Positions 8,454-17,713 of a DNA stretch of 32,000 bases are shown here, piece after piece (within the stretch, counting starts at the first letter, position 1; each line of letters opens with the position of its first letter). The translations under genes and the position numbers were made by a program. Below the pieces are notes generated by a model, which worked only from the letters and a program-made list of their open reading frames with translations, ran no database searches and had not been told where the DNA came from. The DNA comes from Nostoc sp. PCC 7120 = FACHB-418 (GTDB lineage: Bacteria > Cyanobacteriota > Cyanobacteriia > Cyanobacteriales > Nostocaceae). The stretch lies in NCBI RefSeq assembly GCF_000009705.1, contig NC_003276.1, positions 90,001 through 122,000 of the forward strand. The letters run 5' to 3'.

Positions 8454-8459
8454 AAATAA
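8454..8459. repeat. target-site duplication AAATAA, left of the IS4-like element
   Basis: The same 6-mer is found at 9914..9919. The GNAT frame is restored when one copy plus the IS is removed. Confidence 0.7.
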
Positions 8460-9913
8460 CAATACCTCTGCCAAATTACGAGGGTTCAACACCCGTAGAA
8501 ACGGGATGAATGCGTCCTAAAGAAGTAAGCTTGGCAAAAATCTGGTTTAATAAAATAGGCTCAGGGATTTCGGGAAGCATTTTTAACATTTCACGGACAT
8601 ATCGAAAACCACTCTGGGTGAGCTTTAAGATCAATAATGCCGGAGTCAGGATTAAGGAGACGGAAATCAGATAGAAGATGATGGGATAAGTTGACCATAA
8701 AGAATGCTAGATTAACAGCATTAGTTACAGCAGTTTGACTTAAATTCATAAAATCTTCCAATCCCCAAAACTGCTTCGCATCACGAAAGTTAAACTCGAT
8801 TTGAAAGTGCAGTTTATAGTAATCAATTATCTTTTCGTATGACAACTTTAGGTCACTAGAAAATAGGATTACATGACTATGAGCATTAGTTTTAAGATTG
8901 GTTTTGACCAAAATAACTATATTCAGTGCTTGGGCAAATTCCTTGTGGAGTAAAGTAGCTTGATAAATATCAGTTTTGATATCGTCTTCAATGGTACTTT
9001 TACATAAATATTTATCAGGTATGTTACAGTAGTCAATCTTATCACCGTATTTACGACGAGAGCGACTATTGGAGTCAGGATGTTGATAGGGTATATACAA
9101 TGAGGAATCATGGCGCAACTTGGAAATTATGTGCAAGTTAACTTGCCGAACCATTTGCAAGGCATTATTGTTTCCAAAATGACCGTCTAAGACTAAGTAA
9201 GTTAGGGGGATAAAGTTAGCTATTAACTTGAACAACTCATTAATCATCTTCTTAATTCTTAGTAATTCAGATGTGAGAATTACTTCTGTTTTGTTTTTAT
9301 TTTTACTACCTTTTGGTCGTCCACGTCCACATATTTCTTTGGGTTTGATTTCTGTTGTTGGCGATACACTACTTTTTTCTACATCGCTCTTGATTACCTG
9401 TTCTATTTTAATCGGAAATGAGTGTCTTCGCTTCACACTTACTAATGATAATGTAAAAAAAGATAGCCCTAATATAGGTTTGCTGGCGAGGCTAGAAAAA
9501 AATCTATCCAGCCCATAAGTTTGTTTCCCTGATTTACTGATTACAACTTCATCTCCTGCCAGCAAATACACCTCATTTGCACGGAACAAATGCTTACGAA
9601 AAAATACCCAAAACAACGTTGCCCAAGGTATTACTGTCTGAAAGAATCTTAATATTGTCCGATAACTACCACCAGTCCCTGCCCAACGAGACATTCCCAA
9701 CATTGTGACTCTCCCGCTCATCGCTAACATCGCCAGGATTATCTGGTTCATTCGGCGCATCGTCGTCGCGTTGATCTGCGGTAGCAGGCATTGTAACAAT
9801 GATAGGATGTCTGGCATGGGTGGTTTGTAGTTTTTGAGTTGTCGTTGTGAGAGACAATAACTCTACTACAAAGCGCCCTACCTCTTTATGCTCTTATTTT
9901 GGCTAAGGTATTG
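8460..9913 (-). mobile_element. IS4-superfamily-like IS element (1454 bp), decayed
   Basis: Imperfect terminal inverted repeats match 19/23 by eye (CAATACCTCTGCCAAATTACGAG vs CAATACCTTAGCCAAAATAAGAG). It is flanked by the direct 6-bp AAATAA and carries one long transposase frame. Confidence 0.8.
8476..9817 (-). pseudogene. DDE transposase (IS4-superfamily type) with a 3' frameshift
   Basis: LVLDGHFGNN and YYKLHFQIEFNFRDAKQFWGLEDF fit the Y-2-R-3-E-6-K signature, except that H (CAC, 8807..8809) occupies the R position. The track ORF stops at 8591. A shifted frame continues as ...GFRYVREMLKMLPEIPEPILLNQIFAKLTSLGRIH... to the TAA at 8476, so an indel lies around 8608..8615. Confidence 0.7.
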
Positions 9914-9919
9914 AAATAA
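9914..9919. repeat. target-site duplication AAATAA, right of the IS4-like element
   Basis: See 8454..8459. Confidence 0.7.
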
Positions 9920-10269
9920 GCGTCTTTATTACCGGGGTAGACTTGTAACATTGTGCCTATAATTGGCATCTGTACTGTTGCCTTTGGCCAAGTCAGTAAA
10001 AATCCTACGACTTGATTATCTTTACGGGCAACAATACTGGGCATCTGCGAGATGGTTTTGCTTACTGCTTCAGTTTCAAGACGACCTAGCAACATCCCAC
10101 CATGTTCTGGATCATTGGCTTGGGCTAACGCTATAATTCCTGCCACATCTGCTTGATTAGCTTGGTCAATCACAATATTAGACAAACACATACAGCGACA
10201 CTCTAGTAAATTTGTAGTATGGCTTTTGGATTTGGGTGAAAGTTGCTTCATCAAAGCTAATCAAGTTAG

Positions 10270-10578
10270 TTAACTAACTTTCTGCTCTGCAAACAGTGAC
10301 AACTGCCCAGGAGAAACATTACCTCTGCCAAAACGGTGGTATGACAGGTGACAGCCACTACACAGACAAACTAAGTTTTCTAAGCGATTGTCAGACGGAT
10401 CTCTATTCCAATGATGGACTTGCAATGTGTGGGCTTTACGTTCAGAAAAAGTTAAATTATCGGGTTTTTCCCCTGGCCGTAAGCAGACCCTACCGCATTT
10501 AGAACAACGCCAGTTAGAAGCCGCTTTCAATGCTGTGGCTAGTTGTTTCCAATTGTCTGGATACTTACCCTGAATCAT
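10270..10578 (-). CDS. HNH endonuclease (102 aa)
   Basis: CSKCG...LQVHHWNRDPSDNRLENLVCLCSGCHLSYH is a classic zinc-finger-flanked H-N-H motif. Confidence 0.8.
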   Translation of the reverse strand: MIQGKYPDNWKQLATALKAASNWRCSKCGRVCLRPGEKPDNLTFSERKAHTLQVHHWNRDPSDNRLENLVCLCSGCHLSYHRFGRGNVSPGQLSLFAEQKVS

Positions 10579-10621
10579 AACAGTGTTTTATAACTGATGA
10601 AGTAAGTTAATAGCTGATTAA

Positions 10622-10816
10622 TTAGAAGAGCTTACCGCATTCATCAGACCAATTCAAATACTCTTGCATTGACATGGCGATCGCTTTGTTGTGATCGCCA
10701 TAATTCACTTCAGTTAACAAACAAGTAATTATCAGGGTGTAGATACTTGCGCCATCGCACCCACTCCATTGGGCCACAACATTTTGATTATTCTTCCCAA
10801 GATGGTTGGTAATCAA
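10622..10816 (-). CDS. hypothetical small ORF (64 aa), doubtful
   Basis: Track ORF only, with no recognisable motif. It overlaps the tail of the monooxygenase remnant. Confidence 0.2.
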   Translation of the reverse strand: MITNHLGKNNQNVVAQWSGCDGASIYTLIITCLLTEVNYGDHNKAIAMSMQEYLNWSDECGKLF

Positions 10817-11186
10817 ACAACCATTTAAACTGCAAGTCAGCTAACCAAGTTGGAGTCAACCTATAAATCCAATCTCGTAGGAAACATCCAATTGCTCCCG
10901 TTAGTTTGTCCAAGCTGACCAACTTGCCGAGAAGTCGTAAATACACGAGTGACTCGTTTGCTACGAATACTCTCAAATTGACGTAACATTGACACCACTT
11001 GATCGCTGTTTGGGTTATTTTTGAGCAACTTGACGAGTTCAAAGGCATCTTCTACTGCCATACAGCCGCCTTGTCCAAGATTTGGTTGTACAGGATGTGC
11101 TGCATCGCCAATTAAAGTCGCTCTCCCTTTACCCCAAGCATTGCCTAATGGTTGGCGACTTCTAATGAAGGGAAAAGTTAAGTGTT
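10788..11186 (-). pseudogene. C-terminal remnant of a FAD-dependent monooxygenase (5'-truncated and frameshifted)
   Basis: The frame reads ...GKGRATLIGDAAHPVQPNLGQGGCMAVEDAFELVKLL... (the GDAAHP...GQG...EDA motif of flavoprotein hydroxylases). About 280 N-terminal residues are missing. The last ~27 residues (...WLADLQFKWLFDYQPSWEE) are in a different frame (track ORFs 10861..11061 and 10788..11048). Confidence 0.65.
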
Positions 11187-11804
11187 AATAGCGTTAATGT
11201 CTGTCGGGGATGCTTCCCTGCTTATGACCCTTTGAAAAGCTACTGCTTGCTTTCGTTTTCTCCACCAGCCAAAACCAATAGCAAGTAATGAGCCAACTAC
11301 TGTATGAGGTTCTGGAACAGAACGTGGATTAATACTAAAGTTTCCATAATCTACATCACTTGAAAGCTCTGAATAACCTTCGTTGAAACTACTGTAGAAT
11401 ACATTAACGTTCCCCAAACCATCTTCTCCACTACCAGAAACCAAATAAGAAAAACCATTCGTGGTTAACAGTGGCTGACTCGCATTCAACAAATTATCGT
11501 TGACACCATATGTACCAGGTAATAGCAAACCAATTATTGTCTCTGTAATTCCTTTATCTGTTCGTTTACCATTTATACCTATAATTGTGTAACTATTGTT
11601 AATAGGATCTAGATCAGTTGTAGTAAGAGTTCCGCTAGCATAAATAGGCGTACCGTTTACTTCATAACTGGGAAAAGAATACTGAAAATTAAATAACTGT
11701 GCAGCTTGTGCTGTAGAACAGGCACTCATACCAGTTAAGCCAACAACAGCAATGACGGTAGCAATGCGAAGCTTTCTGACTATTTCCATGCGATAATCCC
11801 TCAA
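11178..11804 (-). CDS. PEP-CTERM sorting-domain exoprotein (208 aa)
   Basis: Signal-peptide-like N-terminus (...VIAVVGLTGMSACSTAQA). C-terminal VPEP + hydrophobic helix + WWRKRK matches the PEP-CTERM anchor. The start could be the second Met (MEIVRKL). Confidence 0.8.
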   Translation of the reverse strand: MRDYRMEIVRKLRIATVIAVVGLTGMSACSTAQAAQLFNFQYSFPSYEVNGTPIYASGTLTTTDLDPINNSYTIIGINGKRTDKGITETIIGLLLPGTYGVNDNLLNASQPLLTTNGFSYLVSGSGEDGLGNVNVFYSSFNEGYSELSSDVDYGNFSINPRSVPEPHTVVGSLLAIGFGWWRKRKQAVAFQRVISREASPTDINAINT

Positions 11805-12083
11805 AAAACTAAAGTAAAAATTTGCTTAGGAGTCAGAATATTCTCTCTTTTAGCTCCCAAAGCCCTGGATCTAAACAAAAATTCATATTTGGGAATGCAA
11901 CTCCCTAATACTGTTTCTCCAAGTTAGCGTGCAGTAAACAGTTATCAAGGCGTATGGTGAGGGACTGCTGCTACCCAGCACCATACGTCTACTACCAGTT
12001 GATGTGGTGTTTCACCAAGGATTTTAGTAATAAGTGATAACTGTCAAAGGTAGATTTACTGTTTGTATTAGCCTCAGTTTCAA

Positions 12084-14177
12084 TTAGAAGCTACCAGGAT
12101 AGTCATCAAGTGCTAGTAAGAAATTAATCAAGTCTGTTTGCTGGTTTGGATTAAACCCAGCCTGCCGATCTACATAGAAATCATGACCTGTACCATCAAT
12201 GTTACTAAACACTAACCCCGGATTAGCTTTATTAGCTTTGATAACTAACGCACGAAGATCACGATCAACTAAAGCACGCAAGCTGCTAGCAGCATCGGCA
12301 GGTATACCTTGGTTGAGAGTGTTAGTTAATCCTAATCCACTCTTGTCAGCAATAGTGAAACTACCATTGGGGTTAATTTTCAGACTTTTTGCTCGTACTG
12401 CTACACCACCATCATGCAAATATGGCGCGCTTAAATAAAGACCACGTAAGGAAGTAGTTTTGTAACCACCTTTAGGCAATATACCTTTAGGCAGAGTTGT
12501 GGGAGTATCGGAAATACCCTGTGTTGGTACATCCAGCACTTCAGCGTTATCTGGAATCGGAACGGGAGTATTAAAAGTGTATAACTTGGATGGCACTAGC
12601 AAATTCTTCACCGCAAGACGAGACTGGGCGCGAGCTGGATTAGTACCTATTTCATCAAGAGGATGAATTTTATTGTCAGTGAAGAAGGGCGGAATATGGC
12701 AAGTTGCACAATTAGCTTTCTCAAATATTTTCGCCCCGCGCTTCACAGAATTGCTGTTTAATGCTTGCCAATTTTCTTGAGTCTGGTTAGCAGGTGGTAC
12801 TAAGCTATTTTGAAAAGCAGACATAGCATTGTTAGCAAATAAGAAAGTCCCACTGGCAATATCTCTAGGATTACCAGTATTTGGACTGAAAACCAAACCG
12901 TTGCTTGTAAATAAATTGATTTGTAAATCAGGGTAAGTTCCTGTATCAGGTGCAGCAACTTGGTCTTCTAATTCTGCTTGTGTAGGATTCGGGGCAAGCA
13001 CTCCTCGTAGCCATTCTGAAGGTTTTAATGTCACTCCTTCTGGTAAACGTAGACGTGGGTCAGCCGCATTTTGGAGAAATGTCCCAATATAAACTTCTGG
13101 GTCAATACCAAGAGTTTTTGAACTTAATTGAGCCGCAGCCAACAAATTAATTTCTGAAGAATGGACAGCACTGGTAAGAGAAGTCAGTCCTCCAAATGGG
13201 CCAAAAGCCGCAGCCCCGTCTGCACCATAAGGCTGACTTTTAAAGGTGAATAAACTCGGAATTTGCGTGGTGTTATTAATGCCATCTGGTGAACTCTCAA
13301 AATTTCCAGAAGGTAAACCTAGTAAGGCATCATCAAAAGCTTTTTCAAACTTTTCCGGATCTGGTAATCTGACTACATTACCTTTACTGTCAATAATAGT
13401 TTTGCCATCACCTTGATATTGTGGATCTAGAGGATTGAATTTTGCCCGTGCAAAGGCCGCCGCCGAATTTGGTGCTATGGCAAGAAAAAAAGGAAAGGCA
13501 AGTTCACTATTCGGGACTCCCGGAAGACGTTTCCCTTCCTTGGAAAGAGTTACATGACAAATTGCACAAGTAATGTCACCATTAGGCGCACTTCCTACAA
13601 TATTCCCCTGCTTGTCCACTTTTAAGCCTGTATTAATGGCAGTTCCCTTGAGAAACGTCTTACTACCCAAAGGAATATCCTTCAAGAGGGTGATTTGTAA
13701 GTTGTTCGTTGCCTGACCTTGCAAATTATTAATTGCTCTGGCATATTCTTCTGCAAGAATCGCAGATCCCTGACCAAGACCGAATACACCTTGCAAACCA
13801 AATGTATCGCCAATTTTACGGTTGAAGAATATATTTTCACCTTGAGCTATTAATTCCTGAGTAATTTTAATAGCCCCTACTCGCTGATAAGAAATAGGGT
13901 CATTCGGGTCAAGTCCCTTTTTTACAAGCATTTCTGCCGCTTCTTCAGGACTCAGCAGTTTGCCAAAATAATCGTAATAACCTAGTGGTTGACTAGGTGC
14001 TGGTTGCAAAAGATCGGTTTTTGCGAAGGCTGTCTGGCTTGTCATCAACAAATTTGATAACAAAATACCAAAAACACTCATCATAAAAACGCAGATTAGT
14101 AATAAAATCTTGGTTTTTGCAGCACGAAATACCCTAACTATGCCTGTGTTGGGGTTGTTTTTTTTCATCGTAAGCAA
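12084..14177 (-). CDS. di-haem cytochrome c-type protein (cytochrome c peroxidase-like), N-terminal membrane anchor
   Basis: Two CXXCH haem-binding motifs (DITCAICH and ANCATCH) and an N-terminal hydrophobic helix. The track start at 14177 is a TTG; the ATG at 14168 (MKKNNPN...) is more likely. Confidence 0.7.
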   Translation of the reverse strand: MLTMKKNNPNTGIVRVFRAAKTKILLLICVFMMSVFGILLSNLLMTSQTAFAKTDLLQPAPSQPLGYYDYFGKLLSPEEAAEMLVKKGLDPNDPISYQRVGAIKITQELIAQGENIFFNRKIGDTFGLQGVFGLGQGSAILAEEYARAINNLQGQATNNLQITLLKDIPLGSKTFLKGTAINTGLKVDKQGNIVGSAPNGDITCAICHVTLSKEGKRLPGVPNSELAFPFFLAIAPNSAAAFARAKFNPLDPQYQGDGKTIIDSKGNVVRLPDPEKFEKAFDDALLGLPSGNFESSPDGINNTTQIPSLFTFKSQPYGADGAAAFGPFGGLTSLTSAVHSSEINLLAAAQLSSKTLGIDPEVYIGTFLQNAADPRLRLPEGVTLKPSEWLRGVLAPNPTQAELEDQVAAPDTGTYPDLQINLFTSNGLVFSPNTGNPRDIASGTFLFANNAMSAFQNSLVPPANQTQENWQALNSNSVKRGAKIFEKANCATCHIPPFFTDNKIHPLDEIGTNPARAQSRLAVKNLLVPSKLYTFNTPVPIPDNAEVLDVPTQGISDTPTTLPKGILPKGGYKTTSLRGLYLSAPYLHDGGVAVRAKSLKINPNGSFTIADKSGLGLTNTLNQGIPADAASSLRALVDRDLRALVIKANKANPGLVFSNIDGTGHDFYVDRQAGFNPNQQTDLINFLLALDDYPGSF

Positions 14178-14239
14178 TGTAGTAAAAGCTTACAGCTAGA
14201 TATATCACACTATTACGTAAATATATCTAAAGGTAAGTG

Positions 14240-14407
14240 GAGTTTTCTGTTTTGCCATATTCAGGTAATTGAACTGTTTGGACACAAAAAAAACACAACC
14301 CAGACAGCAAGAGCAGAACTAAACACCCACCTATGAGTAACACCCCGTTTTTAAGTGAGGCTGAAAAACAATTGACGCTGCAAGAACAATGGAAGCCGAT
14401 GGCGTGA
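14240..14407 (+). pseudogene. relic of a second AIPR-like gene (internal fragment only)
   Basis: NPDSKSRTKHPPMSNTPFLSEAEKQ (14297..) matches NPDSKSRTKHPPVSNTPSLSETERQ in the AIPR-like gene (3021..). Several codon changes are synonymous (tct->agc Ser, acc->act Thr). The upstream GAACTGTTTGGAC is also shared but is out of frame across an A8 run. Confidence 0.45.
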
Positions 14408-14624
14408 TGAATACCTGGAACTACCAAATCTAGAATCACCTGGACAAAGGTGGTGGAATACCGCCGCTAAATTATGGGGGTACGATTTACGCAATCAACT
14501 TGTTGCAGATTTGTTTTATGACAACGGTACAGAGTTTATCAAATTCACCAATGGGAAGGAAATTATGGTAGAGACTGCATGGCGTTGGGAATGGGAACGA
14601 GTTCTGGAATATGCTACTAATTAA
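14376..14624 (+). pseudogene. start-less plus-strand ORF remnant (82 codons), unknown family
   Basis: The frame ...RDEYLELPNLESPGQRWWNTAAKLWGYDLRNQLVADLFYDNGTEFIKFTNGKEIMVETAWRWEWERVLEYATN* looks more protein-like than the antisense track ORF 14487..14687. It has no start codon near its 5' end. Confidence 0.3.
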
Positions 14625-14698
14625 TATTTTATAGTAAAAATCTTCAGCAAAAAAATCGCTTTTATCTCCTAATTCAACCACTAGCAATCATACTGAGA

Positions 14699-16102
14699 CT
14701 AAGCCTGTATCGTGATCAGCGTGAAGTAAGCTACAGCAATACCTGCCAGAACTAGACTAGATCGCGTCCCTTGTCGATTTCTCTGAGCAACAGTTGCAAC
14801 CGCATGAGCAATAAACCCTGCTGCCATGCCATCGGCGATCGAAAAAGTTAGGGGTGTAATTAAAATGACCACAAATGCCGGAATTGCCTCTGCTAAATCA
14901 TTCCAATTGATCAGACGCACACCACTCATCATTAAAACACCAATCATCAGAGGAATAGGAGCAGTAGCAAACGCCGGAATCGCGGCAAATAAGGGTGTGA
15001 ACAACGTCGAAATGAGAAAGAGTAACCCCACCACAATCGCAACAAATCCACTACGCCCACCTTCAAAGATTCCAGAAGCCGCTACTAGATAGGGCATGAC
15101 AGGAGTACTACCCACGATTGCACCAAAGACGGTTCCGAGTGCGTTGGATAATAAGGCTTGTTTCGATCGATATAGTTCACCGTCGGGCTGCATGCAGTCG
15201 ATTTGTCGCCCTAACACATTGAAACTCATCGCATCGGATAAGGACATAAATAGCAGCACAAAGACGACTGCCACAAAATTTCCCAGTTGCGACCAGGAGA
15301 GATATTGTACTCCAACGAGCGCTTGCCCAATCAAGTCTTGAGGCAACTGGGGCAGAGCGAGAATGCCTTTAGGGCGGGGTGCTACTCCTGTCAGCCAACC
15401 GAGCGCAGCCGTGCCAAAAATCACAAACAGGAATGCGCCTTTGACCTTCCGCACCGTAAGCAGTATTGTCAATAAAATCCCAAAAATTGCCATCAGCGTA
15501 GCTGGCTGCTTCAGTGTTCCCAGGCTGGTCAGCGTGGCAGTATTCGCAACGATGATCCCTGCACCGACCTGGGAAGAAGCGACTTTTCCCGACAGCGCAA
15601 TAGATGAGAGAAACAGACCCAAGCCAATCACCATCGCCTGTTTTAGCGAATTGGGAATGGCATTATGCAGTTGGCGACGGAGTGGACTGACAGACAACGC
15701 TGTGAAGAGAATTCCCTCGACTAAGACAGCAGTTAGTGCCAATCGCCAATTCATTCCCATGCCTAGCACGATAGAGAAGGTAAATAGTGCGGCGGCTCCA
15801 GTCGCCGACCCCAGGACAAAAGGATAATTAGTTAGTACTCCAATTAGGAAACTAGATACCGCAGCACAAAGGGCAAGTGCCACCAAAATTTGCTCCAATA
15901 AATCTCCGGCCTGCTGTAGAAATATCGCATTTCCTAAAATATGAGCATTCACGACCAGAATCGGAGCCGTGGTTATAAAAATCGTCAAGCCAGCTAGTAA
16001 TTCTGTGCGGAAGTTTGTTTCCAACTGTTTAAACCGGAAGAATTGACTAATGCGATTGAGACAGGATGGGGGCTTGGAAAATGGCATTGTTTGTCTGTTC
16101 AT
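14699..16102 (-). CDS. NCS2-family nucleobase permease (adenine/guanine/hypoxanthine-type, AzgA/PurP-like)
   Basis: 467 aa and polytopic. The N-terminal FRFKQLETNFRTELLAGLTIFITTAPILVVNAHIL matches the characteristic opening of this permease family. Confidence 0.85.
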   Translation of the reverse strand: MNRQTMPFSKPPSCLNRISQFFRFKQLETNFRTELLAGLTIFITTAPILVVNAHILGNAIFLQQAGDLLEQILVALALCAAVSSFLIGVLTNYPFVLGSATGAAALFTFSIVLGMGMNWRLALTAVLVEGILFTALSVSPLRRQLHNAIPNSLKQAMVIGLGLFLSSIALSGKVASSQVGAGIIVANTATLTSLGTLKQPATLMAIFGILLTILLTVRKVKGAFLFVIFGTAALGWLTGVAPRPKGILALPQLPQDLIGQALVGVQYLSWSQLGNFVAVVFVLLFMSLSDAMSFNVLGRQIDCMQPDGELYRSKQALLSNALGTVFGAIVGSTPVMPYLVAASGIFEGGRSGFVAIVVGLLFLISTLFTPLFAAIPAFATAPIPLMIGVLMMSGVRLINWNDLAEAIPAFVVILITPLTFSIADGMAAGFIAHAVATVAQRNRQGTRSSLVLAGIAVAYFTLITIQA

Positions 16103-16711
16103 ATAACATTGAAGAGTTGGTGTAATGCCAAGCTACTACCTGACTTGTGAACCGATGTAATTTTGATAAGTACTGAAATCAGTTTGATGCAAATTTTTTC
16201 AGTCTTGTAAGCTGGGCAGAAACGCACAAGAAATATTTACAGCGATATGAAAAATTTAGATTTGCTGTTGTAACCGAACATTTTATAACTTGTTTGAAGC
16301 TTCTTTTAATGGTTGAATTTAGATATTTTTGTGATTTTAAAAAACAGATGACTCGCAGTCAATAATCCTTCAAACTGGTCAATATTTTGAGAACACGATT
16401 CCGCAGGTTGAGCAGCATTTAGCATATTTCCTAATACGCTAGTTAGAGACTGTTGCAATTCCAAATTTTCTCTAACTGTCAGATTTCTGATAGTTTTTAA
16501 ACTTCATTAACACGATATTTTGGCATAAGCAGTGCATTTCATGTATGTTGCAATGTGTACAGTGACAAATTCTCGGAATCAGGAGTACTTATGATACTGG
16601 GTAGAACTGTAAGTCTAGGCATAATCAAAATCTTTCTAACGTCTTTACGTAATGTTAAATATTAGCTATCTGATACTTAGCTGTGAGTCTACTAAGTAGT
16701 CACTTCAAAAT

Positions 16712-17713
16712 TTAACTTTTCTGCAAAAAGCTAAAAATCTTACAAAACTTTATACTTGTTCTTGTCCTGCTCATGAGGTGGTTGTCAATCACTTTTGACA
16801 TCACTCCCCCATCGGATACCGCCGCATCATCTGAGCCAATGCCACAGCCTCCCCCAAGGAGCGTGTACACAACCTCACCCGACATCGCAATCACAATCCG
16901 CTTCTGCCTCGCCCACTCAAACCAAGCGATCGCTTCCGATTTAACTTGCACTGACTCCGGCTTCCTCCCCTCCCTACAAGCAGCCACGAATACAGCCTCC
17001 GGTGACTTAACCCCCTTCCAAGTCCGTACTGCCTCCTTCAAATACGCGATCTGCTGAAAGCAGCAGCGCTTCGCTATCGCACCCGGCACATTCGCCCAGT
17101 AACGCTTGACTGTACGCTGAATCTCTCCGTTTAACCGGAACTGAGGCGTACAAGGTATTTCCCGTAGCTGTTGCAATACCTCCTGAACCTCCTGCTGACT
17201 GGGTTGTACTGATTTTTCTTGTGGCTCGGTGTAATCATCATCACTATCATGAAAATTTGATCCAACAGGGGCGGCGGAAGAATGGCCCTCATGATGGTCT
17301 GTCTCGGTAATCGAGTCAACCTGTTCTATCTCTTCAACAAAGTGAGTAATCTGGGGTAACTCTGGTTCCTCCTCACATTCCAAAATCTTGCTTTCCACTT
17401 CCTCACTTTTTTCAAGCTCAACAGCACTGTGTTGTTGTGAAGCGAAGTCTTTGAGAGGGAAGTCTCTGTTATGATCTGCCGGCTGTGAGCAGATCGATAT
17501 GTCCAAATTGCTCACATCGATCTGTTGATTTTGACAAATGCGATTCCACAAGGCTTGTACGTTCTCGACGTTAACCGTGAACCAGTTCGCTTGATACCAA
17601 GTCTTCTCACTGTGACGACAGACATCAATCAACTTAAAATTATCTCTCAAGTTAGCGATCGCACGTCTGATGGCTGATGCACACAAATTTTTCAGTGGGT
17701 CTTTGCCTTCCAA
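16712..17713 (-). CDS. hypothetical protein with a highly acidic central region (333 aa, TTG start in the track)
   Basis: Long ORF with an acidic low-complexity middle (EEVESKILECEEEPELPQ...DSDDDYTEPQE). The C-terminal half, ...AYLKEAVRTWKGVKSPEAVFVAACREGRKPE..., resembles a motif I associate with cyanobacterial plasmid/mobile-element proteins. Both ends are uncertain. Confidence 0.45.
   Translation of the reverse strand: MEGKDPLKNLCASAIRRAIANLRDNFKLIDVCRHSEKTWYQANWFTVNVENVQALWNRICQNQQIDVSNLDISICSQPADHNRDFPLKDFASQQHSAVELEKSEEVESKILECEEEPELPQITHFVEEIEQVDSITETDHHEGHSSAAPVGSNFHDSDDDYTEPQEKSVQPSQQEVQEVLQQLREIPCTPQFRLNGEIQRTVKRYWANVPGAIAKRCCFQQIAYLKEAVRTWKGVKSPEAVFVAACREGRKPESVQVKSEAIAWFEWARQKRIVIAMSGEVVYTLLGGGCGIGSDDAAVSDGGVMSKVIDNHLMSRTRTSIKFCKIFSFLQKS

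Larger units (their letters stand above)
8234..10254 (-). pseudogene. GNAT-family N-acetyltransferase gene split by an IS; fragments 9914..10254 (N-terminal) and 8234..8459 (C-terminal)
   Basis: The C-terminal fragment has YGPICVEESMRGQGIAAAMF (acetyl-CoA-binding-type motif). Removing 8460..9919 joins ...GNKDAY + LYGPICV... in frame. Plausible true starts are the ATGs at 10251 or 10191. Confidence 0.7.

Noticed and set aside
8923-9857. Short ORFs within the IS4-like element (8923..9111, 9228..9518, 9666..9857)
   Set aside because: They are alternative or antisense frames of the transposase gene, with no independent support.
11951-11987. Inverted repeat CGTATGGTG(19 nt)CACCATACG between the cytochrome and PEP-CTERM genes, considered as a terminator
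   Set aside because: No U-tract follows on the transcribed (minus) strand and the loop is long. It is mentioned under the gene-pair finding but not called as a feature.
12199-12438. 79-aa plus-strand ORF inside the cytochrome gene
   Set aside because: It is antisense to a 697-aa ORF that has clear haem motifs.
14826-15827. Four plus-strand ORFs inside the NCS2 permease gene
   Set aside because: They are antisense shadows of a GC-richer membrane-protein gene. The permease frame is continuous and recognisable.
16103-16260. Possible purine riboswitch in the leader of the NCS2 permease
   Set aside because: On the reverse strand there is an outer stem (UUUUUCA...UGAAAAA) and an inner stem (UCUUGU...ACAAGA). 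However, the conserved purine-riboswitch junction and loop sequences and the three-way junction geometry are not present. It would need a covariance-model scan (Rfam RF00167) to revisit.
16773-17319. ORFs 16773..17057 (+) and 17131..17319 (-) inside 16712..17713
   Set aside because: They are overlapping alternative frames of the longer ORF, with proline/serine-rich shadow composition.
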